Assembly: GCA_963726785.1 (NCBI GenBank)
Contig: CAVSDJ010000007.1
Location: forward strand, 2,169,248 to 2,209,247
Length of the DNA stretch: 40,000 bases
Direction of reading: 5' to 3'
Source: Blastocatellia bacterium
GTDB taxonomy: Bacteria > Acidobacteriota > Blastocatellia > UBA7656
Shown here: one piece after another, positions 27,842 through 35,957 of the stretch
Position numbering within the stretch: position 1 is the first letter of the stretch
Layout of the letters: each line of letters begins with the position of its first letter
Made by a program: the position numbers and the translations under genes
The notes under the pieces: generated by a model
The model's input: only the letters and a program-made list of their open reading frames with translations
Databases searched by the model: none
Told to the model about the DNA's origin: nothing

Positions 27842-27928
27842 CAACTGCATACAGCGGAGGCCGCGAAGCACACTTCTTATGGTTACTTTCAATGCCGTTC
27901 GCGGCCCCGCTGATGCTGGGCGTTAGGT
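27836..27928 (+). repeat. attC site 3 (93 bp)
   Basis: R'' GCCTAAC at 27836 (contains the CDS stop), ACAGCGGAGGCCGCGAAG...CGCGGCCCCGCTGAT, R' GTTAGGT at 27922. Confidence 0.8.
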
Positions 27929-28053
27929 CGCTAGCAAGTATGAGTAAATGGGTGGGTGCTGAAAATGGAATACGGCTTTGTTCTTGCAATTAGGTTAATG
28001 GAGGGTTAAAAATTAACACTCTCGTTTATTTGGCGAAATAGCTAGCCCTAAAA

Positions 28054-28647
28054 ATGGACAAGTTTATTCAATTAATATCGGTTCTTCAGTACTTGGCGCT
28101 TATCGTTTCGGCAGCATGGATTTACAGGCTTTATTTGATCAGACGTGAAGGGGAGCCGGGTGGAGAGCTTGAGATCAATGTTGATTTCGTAGGAAAGCAA
28201 AATGCCAAGTGGTTGATAGAGGTGTCGGCTATCCTCACAAACAAGAGCTTTGTCCGCCACAAGTATGAGAACTTTCAAGTAGTAGTTCGTTTTTTAAAGC
28301 CAGAAGACATAATCGAAGACAGAATCCCAGATCATAATAAGAAGCCGACAAACTACCAGATCAACTGCCCGCGTACGATAGATGAACGCATTGACGGAAA
28401 GAAGCGTTACTTTTCTAATGCAGAATATATCAATCCGAGACTGAGTTTTAGACATAGCTACATTACTTTTGTTCCAGAAGAAGCAACGTTTATATGGGTA
28501 CAATGCAAGTTGCAATTCTATACAAAACCCCATTGGCTCGCATGGAAGAATAACAAGGAGAAAAAAAACGCTCAGAAGCTTTTCAAGGTCCCTAGAGAGG
28601 AGTCAGGGAAAGATGTGATGAGCATTGAGAACACGAGTCCTGAGTAG
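28054..28647 (+). CDS. Cassette-encoded membrane-anchored hypothetical protein
   Basis: 197 aa. N-terminal TM LISVLQYLALIVSAAWIYRLYLI. No family recognised. Cassette 4. Confidence 0.6.
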   Translation: MDKFIQLISVLQYLALIVSAAWIYRLYLIRREGEPGGELEINVDFVGKQNAKWLIEVSAILTNKSFVRHKYENFQVVVRFLKPEDIIEDRIPDHNKKPTNYQINCPRTIDERIDGKKRYFSNAEYINPRLSFRHSYITFVPEEATFIWVQCKLQFYTKPHWLAWKNNKEKKNAQKLFKVPREESGKDVMSIENTSPE

Positions 28648-28680
28648 GCCGAAGGGTATATTTGATGAAAACAAACCGCA

Positions 28681-28772
28681 ACCTAACAAGCGCATTCAGC
28701 GGAGGCCGCGAAGCGAGTTTCTCGTCAATCCATCAATACCGCTCGCGGCCCCGCTGATGCGAGGCGTTCGGC
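28681..28772 (+). repeat. attC site 4 (92 bp)
   Basis: R'' ACCTAAC at 28681, TTCAGCGGAGGCCGCGAAG...CGCGGCCCCGCTGAT, R' GTTCGGC at 28766 (one deviation from GTTRRRY). Confidence 0.75.
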
Positions 28773-28868
28773 GTCACTACGATGGACGCTCCGTGCAAAT
28801 GAACTCATATGGAACTTGCTTGCTTATGTCAATGATATTCCGGCTCCGAAGCCGACTTATGATTAGCT

Positions 28869-29246
28869 ATGCCTAAGAATGATACGTTCTCTGATGATGT
28901 GGTCGAATTGTTGCGACAATCCAAGATCATCGGCGTCCGAGCGGGGACTGTGCACCGATATACGGGCGTCTGGCTCGTGGTTGTTGAAGGCAGGCTCTTT
29001 GTCCGTTCTTGGAATGACAAGCCGACAGGGTGGTACCGCGCCTTCATAAAAGAACCCAATGGGAGCATTCAGGTGGCAGGGCTGGAGATGACTGTGCGAG
29101 CCAAGCTCACACGAAGCGCGCGAATCCGCAAGGCAGTGACTGAGGCATTGGGCCAGAAGTACAACACGAAAGCATCTCGGAAGTGGGTTGAGGGATTCGC
29201 CGAGCTAGGGCGTGAGTTGACGACGCTAGAACTGGTTCCCGGCTAA
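28869..29246 (+). CDS. DUF2255-like protein
   Basis: 125 aa. GVWLVVVEGRLFVRSWNDKPTGWYRAF resembles DUF2255 family members as I recall them. Cassette 5. Confidence 0.6.
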   Translation: MPKNDTFSDDVVELLRQSKIIGVRAGTVHRYTGVWLVVVEGRLFVRSWNDKPTGWYRAFIKEPNGSIQVAGLEMTVRAKLTRSARIRKAVTEALGQKYNTKASRKWVEGFAELGRELTTLELVPG

Positions 29247-29306
29247 GGTACAGGCGATGAGTGCAAAGTGAATGCGTTGATGGTTGCAAGCTGGTTGTGC
29301 CGTGCC

Positions 29307-29399
29307 GCCGAACAATCGCATCAACCGGAGCGCGCGAAGCAAATTTCTCGTGGTTTCTTTCAGCGCCGCTCGCGCGCCCGGTTATGCGGGGCGTTGGGC
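29307..29399 (+). repeat. attC site 5 (93 bp)
   Basis: R'' GCCGAAC at 29307, CAACCGGAGCGCGCG...CGCGCGCCCGGTTATG (stem arms covary relative to other sites), R' GTTGGGC at 29393. Confidence 0.75.
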
Positions 29400-29467
29400 C
29401 CCTGCTCGTGCCTTCTTGAAGAGGCAGTGATATATTTATTGCCGTACTAGAACTTGGAGGTAACAAA

Positions 29468-30031
29468 GTGGCATCTTTACCTAAAACCTATATCACCTCT
29501 GAAGAGTATCTCGCACTTGATCGAAAAGCTGATGTTAAAAGCGAGTATTATGCAGGTCAGATTATAGCTTTTGCAGGTGCTAGTAAAAGACATAACCTTA
29601 TAGTCGCCAATGTCCTTGCAGGTATCCATCGCCAGTTAATAGACCGGCCTTGTAATGTGTATCCGAGTGATATGCGAATAAGGATTAGCAAAACTGGGAT
29701 GTATGCTTATCCCGACGTTGTTGTGACTTGCGGTGAAGAACAGTTCGCTGACGAAAATAGTGACATTCTGCTAAACCCTATTGTATTGATAGAAGTCCTA
29801 TCTGAATCCACAGCCAATTATGATCGAGGAGATAAGTTTGAGCACTACCGGCGGATAGAGTCTTTGCGTGAATACATCTTAGTGTTCCAAGAGCTACATA
29901 GAGTAGATCAGTATGTACGCCAGAATGATACTCAATGGTTGTTGACTGAGTTTCACACTCCTAAAGATATAATTAAACTCAATTCAATCACTTGTGAGCT
30001 TGCCGTCAAAGAGATATACGCAAAGCTATAA
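29468..30031 (+). CDS. Uma2 family (DUF820) endonuclease-like protein
   Basis: 187 aa. EEYLALDRKADVKSEYYAGQI...YPDVVVTCG...LIEVLSESTANYDRGDKFEHYRRIESLREYILV is typical of Uma2/DUF820. GGAGG RBS, GTG start. Cassette 6. Confidence 0.75.
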   Translation: MASLPKTYITSEEYLALDRKADVKSEYYAGQIIAFAGASKRHNLIVANVLAGIHRQLIDRPCNVYPSDMRIRISKTGMYAYPDVVVTCGEEQFADENSDILLNPIVLIEVLSESTANYDRGDKFEHYRRIESLREYILVFQELHRVDQYVRQNDTQWLLTEFHTPKDIIKLNSITCELAVKEIYAKL

Positions 30032-30051
30032 ATATTTTGTTTCCAACGGTG

Positions 30052-30142
30052 GCCCAACAAACGCATGCAGCGGAGGCCGCGAAGCCAGTTTCTCATCGTT
30101 AGCCAGTTATTCACGCGGCCCCGCTGATGCTGGGCGTTAGAC
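30052..30142 (+). repeat. attC site 6 (91 bp)
   Basis: R'' GCCCAAC at 30052, GCAGCGGAGGCCGCGAAG...CGCGGCCCCGCTGAT, R' GTTAGAC at 30136. Confidence 0.85.
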
Positions 30143-30544
30143 CCTTGCGGCGGTGCTGTTGAGGATCAGTGTTCGGGTTGCCAATCGAAATTCCAACCAA
30201 CTGCCTCTTTCTCGCTTCACACCTCCCTTCCTGCCGCCGCTTGTTTCTTCTTCTTTCTTGCTCCTGCTTTGCTGCTTGCTTCCACACTCTTGCTATGAAG
30301 TCTGGCAGCCCTAATGTGGGATTGCACAAGATTAGCCGGGATGGTTCACCAAGCACTAGCACAAAGCTATGCTCTTGCTTGCTGACAGATCGTCGCCTGT
30401 TGTAGCGTTTGTGGGTCGGTCATTTTGGCAATAGAGTAGAAGCAACAATCAGCATCAGCCAACAGCAGAGGGAAACGAGCAAGGGTTCAGATAAAAGCAG
30501 AAGGAAGAAATTGGGATGGAATCGGTTTGGTAAAATGAAAGCGG
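30137..30544. other. ORF-less cassette, family L variant a, copy 1 (cassette 7)
   Basis: 408 bp. Identical to 38970-39377. Shares 5' block cccttgcg..ggaggatca.tg.tcg..ttgc.aat and central gctatgc.cttgct.gc.gacagatcgt.gcctg.tgtagcg with the other L cassettes. Confidence 0.85.
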
Positions 30545-30647
30545 GTCTAACTACAGCATGCAGCGGAGCGCGGTAAGCACAGTTGAAAAGGCTTGGGCTA
30601 GCTGAGTTAGTCTGCAACAACGCGCCCGCTGATGCTGGGCGTTAGAC
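30545..30647 (+). repeat. attC site 7 (103 bp class)
   Basis: R'' GTCTAAC at 30545, GCAGCGGAGCGCGGTAAGC...CGCGCCCGCTGAT, R' GTTAGAC at 30641. Confidence 0.85.
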
Positions 30648-31037
30648 CCTTGCGACTGCGTGGCGGAGGATCAATGTTCGAGTTGCTAATCAATTCATTC
30701 GAGCCAGATGCCTCCTCTCGCTTCACTTCACGGCTGCCGTTGCCGCTTGTTCTTCCTTCCTTTATGCGCTCTGTGTGTGCTCGTTGCCTTTTCTTTCATC
30801 CCATAGTCTATAGTTGTCCAGATGCAGGCTCGGGCAAGAAGCGAGCAGGAGAGCAACAAGCGGCAGCAGTTAGCTATGCGCTTGCTCGGCGACAGATCGT
30901 TGCCTGTTGTAGCGCTCGATATCAACAAGGCCATGCGGCATAAACAGGGTGGAGCAACAGTGACCAACAGATTTGAGTCGAAGCAGAAGGGAGAAAGAAG
31001 AATCTGGCAATGAAACAGGTCATAGAAATAAAGACGG
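30642..31037. other. ORF-less cassette, family L variant b (cassette 8)
   Basis: 396 bp. The 3' ~190 nt are nearly identical to variant c while the 5' half is diverged. ORFs present are not conserved in frame with the other L copies. Confidence 0.8.
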
Positions 31038-31127
31038 GTCTAACTAGAGCATGCAGCGGAGGCCGCTAACAGAGGTTCAAATGAAAGCGAGTGCAACACG
31101 CGGCCCCGCTGATGCTGGGCGTTAGAC
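31038..31127 (+). repeat. attC site 8 (90 bp)
   Basis: R'' GTCTAAC at 31038, GCAGCGGAGGCCGC...CGCGGCCCCGCTGAT, R' GTTAGAC at 31121. Confidence 0.85.
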
Positions 31128-31220
31128 CCCTTGACTGCAAGCTTCAATTGCCTGCCTGTGCTGCTTGATAAATCACAAAAATGATTGTATCTTCTTTGTA
31201 GAAACATTGGGAGGTAACAA

Positions 31221-31463
31221 ATGCGGACTCAAATACAAAAATGGGGCAATAGCCTTGCTCTTCGGATACCCAAGTCATTCGCTACAGAATCAAGCATTGA
31301 AGAAGGTTCTCTTGTAGATATGTCCATAATCGAGGGAAGGTTAGTTATAGAACCTATCTCTGAGCCGACATATTCTCTTGAAGAACTCTTGGCAGGAATC
31401 ACTAAAGAAAACATCCACGCGGAAGTTGACACTGGCAGTCCGACCGGCAAAGAGGTGTGGTGA
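31221..31463 (+). CDS. mazE: MazE/AbrB-family antitoxin
   Basis: 80 aa. MRTQIQKWGNSLALRIPKSFA SpoVT/AbrB swapped-hairpin motif. GGAGG RBS. Stop overlaps the mazF start (TGATG). Cassette 9. Confidence 0.85.
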   Translation: MRTQIQKWGNSLALRIPKSFATESSIEEGSLVDMSIIEGRLVIEPISEPTYSLEELLAGITKENIHAEVDTGSPTGKEVW

Positions 31464-31798
31464 TGCCAAGGGTTTATGTACCTCATCGCGGTGATGTAGT
31501 GTGGATGAGCTTTAACCCACAAGCGGGACACGAGCAATCAGGCAGAAGGCCAGCAGTTGTAATTTCTCCGGCTGCCTACAACGGCAAAGTAGGTCTGGCA
31601 ATATTATGTCCTGTCACCAATCAGATCAAAGGCTATCCGTTCGAGGTGATAATACCGAAGGGGCTGAAAGTAACTGGAGCAGTTTTGTCTGACCAAGCGA
31701 AAAGCCTTGATTGGAAAGCAAGAAAAGCAGAATTGATTTGCAAACTGCCGGAATCGGTAATAAATGACGTATTACAGAAGCTGAATACATTGTTGTGA
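31463..31798 (+). CDS. mazF: MazF/PemK-family endoribonuclease toxin
   Basis: PHRGDVVWMSFNPQAGHEQSGRRPAVVISPAAYN...CPVTNQIKGYPFEV is typical of MazF/PemK. The ORF track starts 6 nt earlier at a GTG. Confidence 0.85.
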   Translation: MPRVYVPHRGDVVWMSFNPQAGHEQSGRRPAVVISPAAYNGKVGLAILCPVTNQIKGYPFEVIIPKGLKVTGAVLSDQAKSLDWKARKAELICKLPESVINDVLQKLNTLL

Positions 31799-31836
31799 TC
31801 AACAAATCTGAGATATGCCCGCTGTTCGAAAGCGGG

Positions 31837-31926
31837 GTCTAACAAACGCATGCAGCGAAGGCCGCGAACAACTATTCGAATGCTTGCTAGTGCTGCGCGC
31901 GGCCCCGCTGATGCTGGGCGTTAGAC
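31837..31926 (+). repeat. attC site 9 (90 bp)
   Basis: R'' GTCTAAC at 31837, GCAGCGAAGGCCGCGAAC...CGCGGCCCCGCTGAT, R' GTTAGAC at 31920. Confidence 0.85.
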
Positions 31927-31946
31927 CCCTATACTGAGGAAGCTGG

Positions 31947-32501
31947 ATGAACGACACCGGAACGAGAGAAAGATCATGGCTCAGGCTGCCCGTTGTTGCA
32001 GCAAGTTCTGAATATCTGGTGATGGGCCACCTGATGCGCCGAAATATCTTGACCTATAAAGCTCCTCAAAATAATGAGGGCTACGATCTAATCTGTATCC
32101 ACCCCAATCCTCGGCATGTTCTAAAGAATAGTGATCTTGCACAGGTCAGAGTCCAGGTAAAGAGTCGTTACGCTACCGATTGTGATAGAGGCTTTCCAGT
32201 GAAAGATGTTTCCTTTGATGCCTTCGATTTCTTGATAGTTGTTTTCCTGAACATTGGCAAGTTCTCAGGTAAAAATGACGGCTCTCAAGGCGCACGCGAA
32301 ATAGAATTCTATACTCTGCCGAATGAGTTTATAAGGAAGCATCATAACAAGAGTTCCTCTTGGCAGAAGGTAAGGTTAAGAGCACTTGAAAACGAGATCG
32401 AACAGTACAAGAATGAGAAAGGTTTTGAACAGATAGCACAAGCATTGGGCATTCCAAAACCGATAAAGAGAAGAACGGAGTTGCCCAACAATGGGGTCTA
32501 A
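31947..32501 (+). CDS. Hypothetical protein with PD-(D/E)XK nuclease-like core
   Basis: 184 aa. SEYLVMGHLMRRNILTYKAPQNNEGYDLICI...VRVQVKSRY...FDFLIVVFL resembles the D...QxK layout of PDDEXK_5-type endonucleases (from memory). Stop TAA lies in attC R''. Cassette 10. Confidence 0.5.
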   Translation: MNDTGTRERSWLRLPVVAASSEYLVMGHLMRRNILTYKAPQNNEGYDLICIHPNPRHVLKNSDLAQVRVQVKSRYATDCDRGFPVKDVSFDAFDFLIVVFLNIGKFSGKNDGSQGAREIEFYTLPNEFIRKHHNKSSSWQKVRLRALENEIEQYKNEKGFEQIAQALGIPKPIKRRTELPNNGV

Positions 32502-32587
32502 CTTCAGCATGCAGCGGAGGCCGCGAAGCAGGTTTCTTATCATTCTGCCAGTGTCGCTCGCGGCCCCGCTGATGCTGGGCGTTAGAC
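32496..32587 (+). repeat. attC site 10 (92 bp)
   Basis: R'' GTCTAAC at 32496 (contains the CDS stop), GCAGCGGAGGCCGCGAAG...CGCGGCCCCGCTGAT, R' GTTAGAC at 32581. Confidence 0.85.
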
Positions 32588-32610
32588 AGCTTCGCGGAGA
32601 AGGTGAGTAT

Positions 32611-33036
32611 ATGAAGATAAAACGAATGATGCTGTTGGTTCCAATCCTCTTTTATGCATGTAGCGCAGAAGATTCTCAAACTTACACATTTTATAGTCTT
32701 GAGTCTGGGAAGACGATCAAGATTGTACAGATGGGCCAATGCTCTTTGAATTTTCCTGAAACCGAAGAGACTGGTATAGCTCTAACCTATCAAACCAGTC
32801 TTGCAGTCGGAAACGAGTCCAAACTCGACCAAGAGATGGCTGAGATATCGGAATGGCTTGAGGTGGAAGCAGAAAAAATTGGTGTGAGGCTTATAAATAT
32901 CAATGCTGTTGAAACGATAGGTGCATCAAAGCCGAAGTCGAATGGCAAGAGTATAGTATTGAGGAAGGAAATAGATGGTCAGTGGCATTCAATAGAGTTG
33001 TTACCAGAAAATAGATATGTAAGTCGAACTAACTAA
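32611..33036 (+). CDS. Cassette-encoded lipoprotein, unknown function
   Basis: ATG at 32611 after GGAGAAGGTGAG. MKIKRMMLLVPILFYAC lipobox. The ORF-track start at 32491 lies inside the preceding attC and is rejected. Cassette 11. Confidence 0.65.
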   Translation: MKIKRMMLLVPILFYACSAEDSQTYTFYSLESGKTIKIVQMGQCSLNFPETEETGIALTYQTSLAVGNESKLDQEMAEISEWLEVEAEKIGVRLININAVETIGASKPKSNGKSIVLRKEIDGQWHSIELLPENRYVSRTN

Positions 33037-33064
33037 ATTCAAGGGGGACTGTCGCCACAGGGCT

Positions 33065-33154
33065 GTCTAACATTTGCATGCAGCGGAGGCCGCAAACAAG
33101 GACTCAAATGAATGCGACTGCCACACGCGGCCCCGCTGATGCTGGGCGTTAGAC
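33065..33154 (+). repeat. attC site 11 (90 bp)
   Basis: R'' GTCTAAC at 33065, GCAGCGGAGGCCGCAAAC...CGCGGCCCCGCTGAT, R' GTTAGAC at 33148. Confidence 0.85.
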
Positions 33155-33357
33155 AGTCGCGTATGAAATACTGCGAGTGAACGTACGCCGCCGCGCCGTC
33201 AGTCGGCCAGATTGTTGCGAGTGATCGCCGCGCCGCAGAAGCGTATAGTTGAGTCTGCAAAAAGAAAGCTTGAGCAGGTGTGCAATTGGCAAGAGCGAAA
33301 GAAAGCAAGAGGCAAGCGGCGCGGCAGAAGGCGCAGCGGCGTCTGCCAAGACACGAT
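33149..33357. other. ORF-less cassette, family S1 copy 2 (cassette 12)
   Basis: 209 bp. Same conserved blocks as the other S1 copies. Confidence 0.85.
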
Positions 33358-33460
33358 GTCTAACAACAGCATGCAGCGGAGCGCGGTTATCACGCTTGAA
33401 ATGGCTTGGGCTAGCTGAGTTAGTCTGAATCAACGCGCCCGCTGATACTGGGCGTTAGAC
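33358..33460 (+). repeat. attC site 12 (103 bp class)
   Basis: R'' GTCTAAC at 33358, GCAGCGGAGCGCGGTTATC...CGCGCCCGCTGAT, R' GTTAGAC at 33454. Confidence 0.85.
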
Positions 33461-33851
33461 CCTTGCGTGAGTGCGGTGGAGGATCAATGCTCGACTTGCC
33501 AATGATTCCTTCCAACACAATGCCTCTTCTCAGTTTCGGCCTTCATCTTGCCCTGTCGCTTGTTCATCTCTGGGTCACACCCCTCTTGCCTTCTTGCTCA
33601 GGATTGCGCTCTCTCAATGCGATCTCGCTCTACTGATGCAGTTGCGAACAAACGGACAACAATGCTTGAACAAGCGGCAGGGCAAAGCTATGCTCTTGCT
33701 CGCCGACAGATCGTTGCCTGATGTAGCGCTTGATAACAACGAGGCCATGCGGCATAAACAGGGTGGAGCAACAGCGACCAACAGATTTGAGTCGAAGCAG
33801 AAGGGAGAAAGAAGAATCTGGCAATGAAACAGGTCATAGAAATAAAGACGG
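33455..33851. other. ORF-less cassette, family L variant c, copy 1 (cassette 13)
   Basis: 397 bp. Differs from 37361-37757 at a single position (33501 a vs 37407 t). Confidence 0.85.
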
Positions 33852-33944
33852 GTCTAACTAGAGCATGCAGCGGAGGCCGCGAAGCGAGTTTCTCATGGTT
33901 ACTTTCAGTTCTCCGCGCGGCCCCGCTGATGCTGGGTGTTAGAC
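33852..33944 (+). repeat. attC site 13 (93 bp)
   Basis: R'' GTCTAAC at 33852, GCAGCGGAGGCCGCGAAG...CGCGGCCCCGCTGAT, R' GTTAGAC at 33938. Confidence 0.85.
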
Positions 33945-34008
33945 GTCTGACTTTTCAGCAACTCTCCAATCTGCCGCAATGCGAAGGCCGAAATGATATA
34001 CTTCACCT

Positions 34009-34302
34009 ATGCAATTTGAGTGGGACTCAACAAAAGCAACGGCTAATCTATCAAAGCACGGAGTCTCATTCGATGAAGCCAAGTCTGTCTTTGACGATCC
34101 GCTCTACGTCGATTTTTACGATCCTGATCATTCAGACGGGGAGAATGGTTACATCATTATTGGGCAGTCTCAGCAAGGTCGTTTATTGATGGTGTCGTAC
34201 ACGGAAAGAAATGATACTATCCGAATTATCAGTTCGAGAGAAGTAACAGCAACGGAGGTAACTGTTCAGACTTCGGCGAATGGGCGAAGCTCAGCGATTT
34301 GA
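34009..34302 (+). pseudogene. brnT: BrnT-family (DUF497) toxin gene interrupted at codon 83 by an IS
   Basis: MQFEWDSTKATANLSKHGVSFDEAKSVFDDPL...RIISSREVTATE is BrnT-like. After 34257 the frame runs into IS sequence. Joining 34257 to 35708 restores ...TATERREAYEEG-stop, overlapping the brnA start. Confidence 0.8.
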
Positions 34303-35699
34303 CATAGGGTGTAAACTTTGCGCGTGAAGCTTGATCTCGACAACGCTACCCGCGAAGAGTTAATCCAACTCAACTTGCAGTTGTTTGCTCAACTTCAAGT
34401 TTTGCAGGAACGTGTCAAACAGCTAGAAGCAGAACTGGAATCTTTGCGCGGCGGCGGCTCACACAGCAACCCTCCTAGCTTCGTCAAGGCTAATCGCCCT
34501 GCTCGCAATAAGAAAAAGAAGCGCAAGAAGCGTCTGCACGGATTCTCGCGCAGGCTTGATTGGGTTACTGCTCGCGTCGAGCACTCGCTTAATCAGTGCC
34601 CAGAGTGTCTAGTTTCGCTCAAAGGCCGACGCGTGGTCAGCTCTCGACAGATCATTGAGCTTCCATCGGTTCAGGTCCAGGTCGTTGAGCACAAACTTGT
34701 AGAGCGGTCTTGTCCCAACTGCCTCAAGCGCTGGACGCCGCCTCTGGATTTATCATCACTTGCAGTAGGCAAACAGCGATTCGGCATTAGCGTTCAATCC
34801 GAAGTAGCACTGTTGCGCGAGCAATGCAGGCTTCCCTTCAGAGTCATACAAGAGTATCTCCAAGCTAGATTCAACCTGCGGATAAGTCTTGGCCAGATAG
34901 TGGCCTTAGTTGAAGGTGTGGCTCGGCGAGGCAAAGCAATAGTCGAATCTTTCAAAGACGAAATTCGAGCCTCTCCTGTAGTAAATGGCGATGAAACGAG
35001 TTGGCGAGAAAACGGGCAAAACGGATATGTGTGGAGTTTCTCAACCGATAAGGTCAGATATTTTCTATACCGCAAAAGCCGTTCAGCAGAAGTTGTGAAA
35101 GAAGTTCTCGGCCAGCAGTTCGAAGGCGTTGTGGTGAGCGATTTCTACGCGGCCTACAACGCGCATCTGGGATTGCACCAGCGATGCTGGGTGCATCTGC
35201 TGAGAGATATACACGAACTGAAAGAGAAGCATGCCAAAGATAAAGGGTTGAAAAAGTGGGCGGTAGCAGTCAAAGCGATCTATGAGGAAGCTAAGGCATA
35301 CAAAGGAGCAAACGCGAGGTTAGGGCCGGTAGAGCAGAAAGCAGAGCGAGTAAAGCGTCAGCGAGAGTATGAACAAAAGTTGATGAGAGTGTGCCGACCA
35401 CACTTGAAGAAGAAGAGGCCGCAGTCAACGCTATGTGAAAGGATAGAGAGATACTTGCCGGAGATGTTCGTGTTCATAGCAGACGCTCGTGTGCCGTCAG
35501 ATAATAACGCGGCAGAGCGAAGTGTGAGACATGTAGTTGTAAGTCGCAAGATCAGTGGAGGGACGAGATCTGAAACGGGGAGCGAGACAAAGAGTATATT
35601 GGCATCATTGTTTGGAACGTGGAGATTGCAAGGACTAGATTTCTATCAATGCTGCTGGAATTTACTGGCAGCAAATAATCCGACACTCTGAACAGTTAC
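34258..35699 (+). mobile_element. IS66-family insertion sequence (single-ORF type), 1442 bp
   Basis: Perfect 13 bp terminal inverted repeats gtaactgttcaga (34258-34270) / tctgaacagttac (35687-35699). 8 bp direct target duplication caacggag at 34250-34257 and 35700-35707. Confidence 0.9.
34318..35691 (+). CDS. IS66-family transposase
   Basis: 457 aa. N-terminal leucine zipper, zinc-finger CPEC...CPNC, DDE core (DETSWRE...VVSDFYAAY...CWVHLLRD...NNAAERSVR) as in IS66 TnpC. Confidence 0.85.
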   Translation: MRVKLDLDNATREELIQLNLQLFAQLQVLQERVKQLEAELESLRGGGSHSNPPSFVKANRPARNKKKKRKKRLHGFSRRLDWVTARVEHSLNQCPECLVSLKGRRVVSSRQIIELPSVQVQVVEHKLVERSCPNCLKRWTPPLDLSSLAVGKQRFGISVQSEVALLREQCRLPFRVIQEYLQARFNLRISLGQIVALVEGVARRGKAIVESFKDEIRASPVVNGDETSWRENGQNGYVWSFSTDKVRYFLYRKSRSAEVVKEVLGQQFEGVVVSDFYAAYNAHLGLHQRCWVHLLRDIHELKEKHAKDKGLKKWAVAVKAIYEEAKAYKGANARLGPVEQKAERVKRQREYEQKLMRVCRPHLKKKRPQSTLCERIERYLPEMFVFIADARVPSDNNAAERSVRHVVVSRKISGGTRSETGSETKSILASLFGTWRLQGLDFYQCCWNLLAANNPTL

Positions 35700-35717
35700 C
35701 AACGGAGCGGGAAGCGT

Positions 35718-35957
35718 ATGAAGAAGGTTGAAACAGAAATGGATGATGATCTTCGGCCAGAATATGAGCTGAAAAGCTTGCGTGTAAGAAGGCTAGGACC
35801 AGGACGTAAGAGTTTCGGAGGGCTAGTGGTTCGCCTAGAACCAGACGTTGCAGAGGTCTTTCCAGATGCAGAGTCAGTGAACGAGGCGCTACGGTTCCTG
35901 ATAAGAGTGACTAAAGAGAATAAGCCCTCAGTTAGTGACAGCCGAGGCGACGTCTGA
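35718..35957 (+). CDS. brnA: BrnA-like antitoxin
   Basis: 79 aa. DDLRPEYELKSL...LVVRLEPDVAEVFPDAESVNEALRFLI resembles antitoxins paired with BrnT. The present TGA stop is partly supplied by the adjacent IS. Confidence 0.7.
   Translation: MKKVETEMDDDLRPEYELKSLRVRRLGPGRKSFGGLVVRLEPDVAEVFPDAESVNEALRFLIRVTKENKPSVSDSRGDV

Noticed and set aside
30169-30405. Plus-strand ORFs inside L-family cassettes (30169-30405, 30632-30943, 33471-33827, 37377-37733, 39002-39238)
   Set aside because: The conserved nucleotide blocks are read in different frames in different family members. Some ORFs start inside the upstream attC, none has an RBS, and the composition is low-complexity. They are treated as non-coding.
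32491-32610. Upstream extension of the cassette 11 ORF as given in the ORF track (start 32491)
   Set aside because: The extension lies within attC site 10 and translates the repeat (SNFSMQRRPRSRF...). A proper RBS, an ATG and a lipoprotein signal begin at 32611.
33824-34189. 121 aa ORF overlapping attC 13 and the start of brnT
   Set aside because: It starts in the L cassette, crosses the attC and overlaps the well-supported brnT frame. It has no RBS or recognisable motifs.
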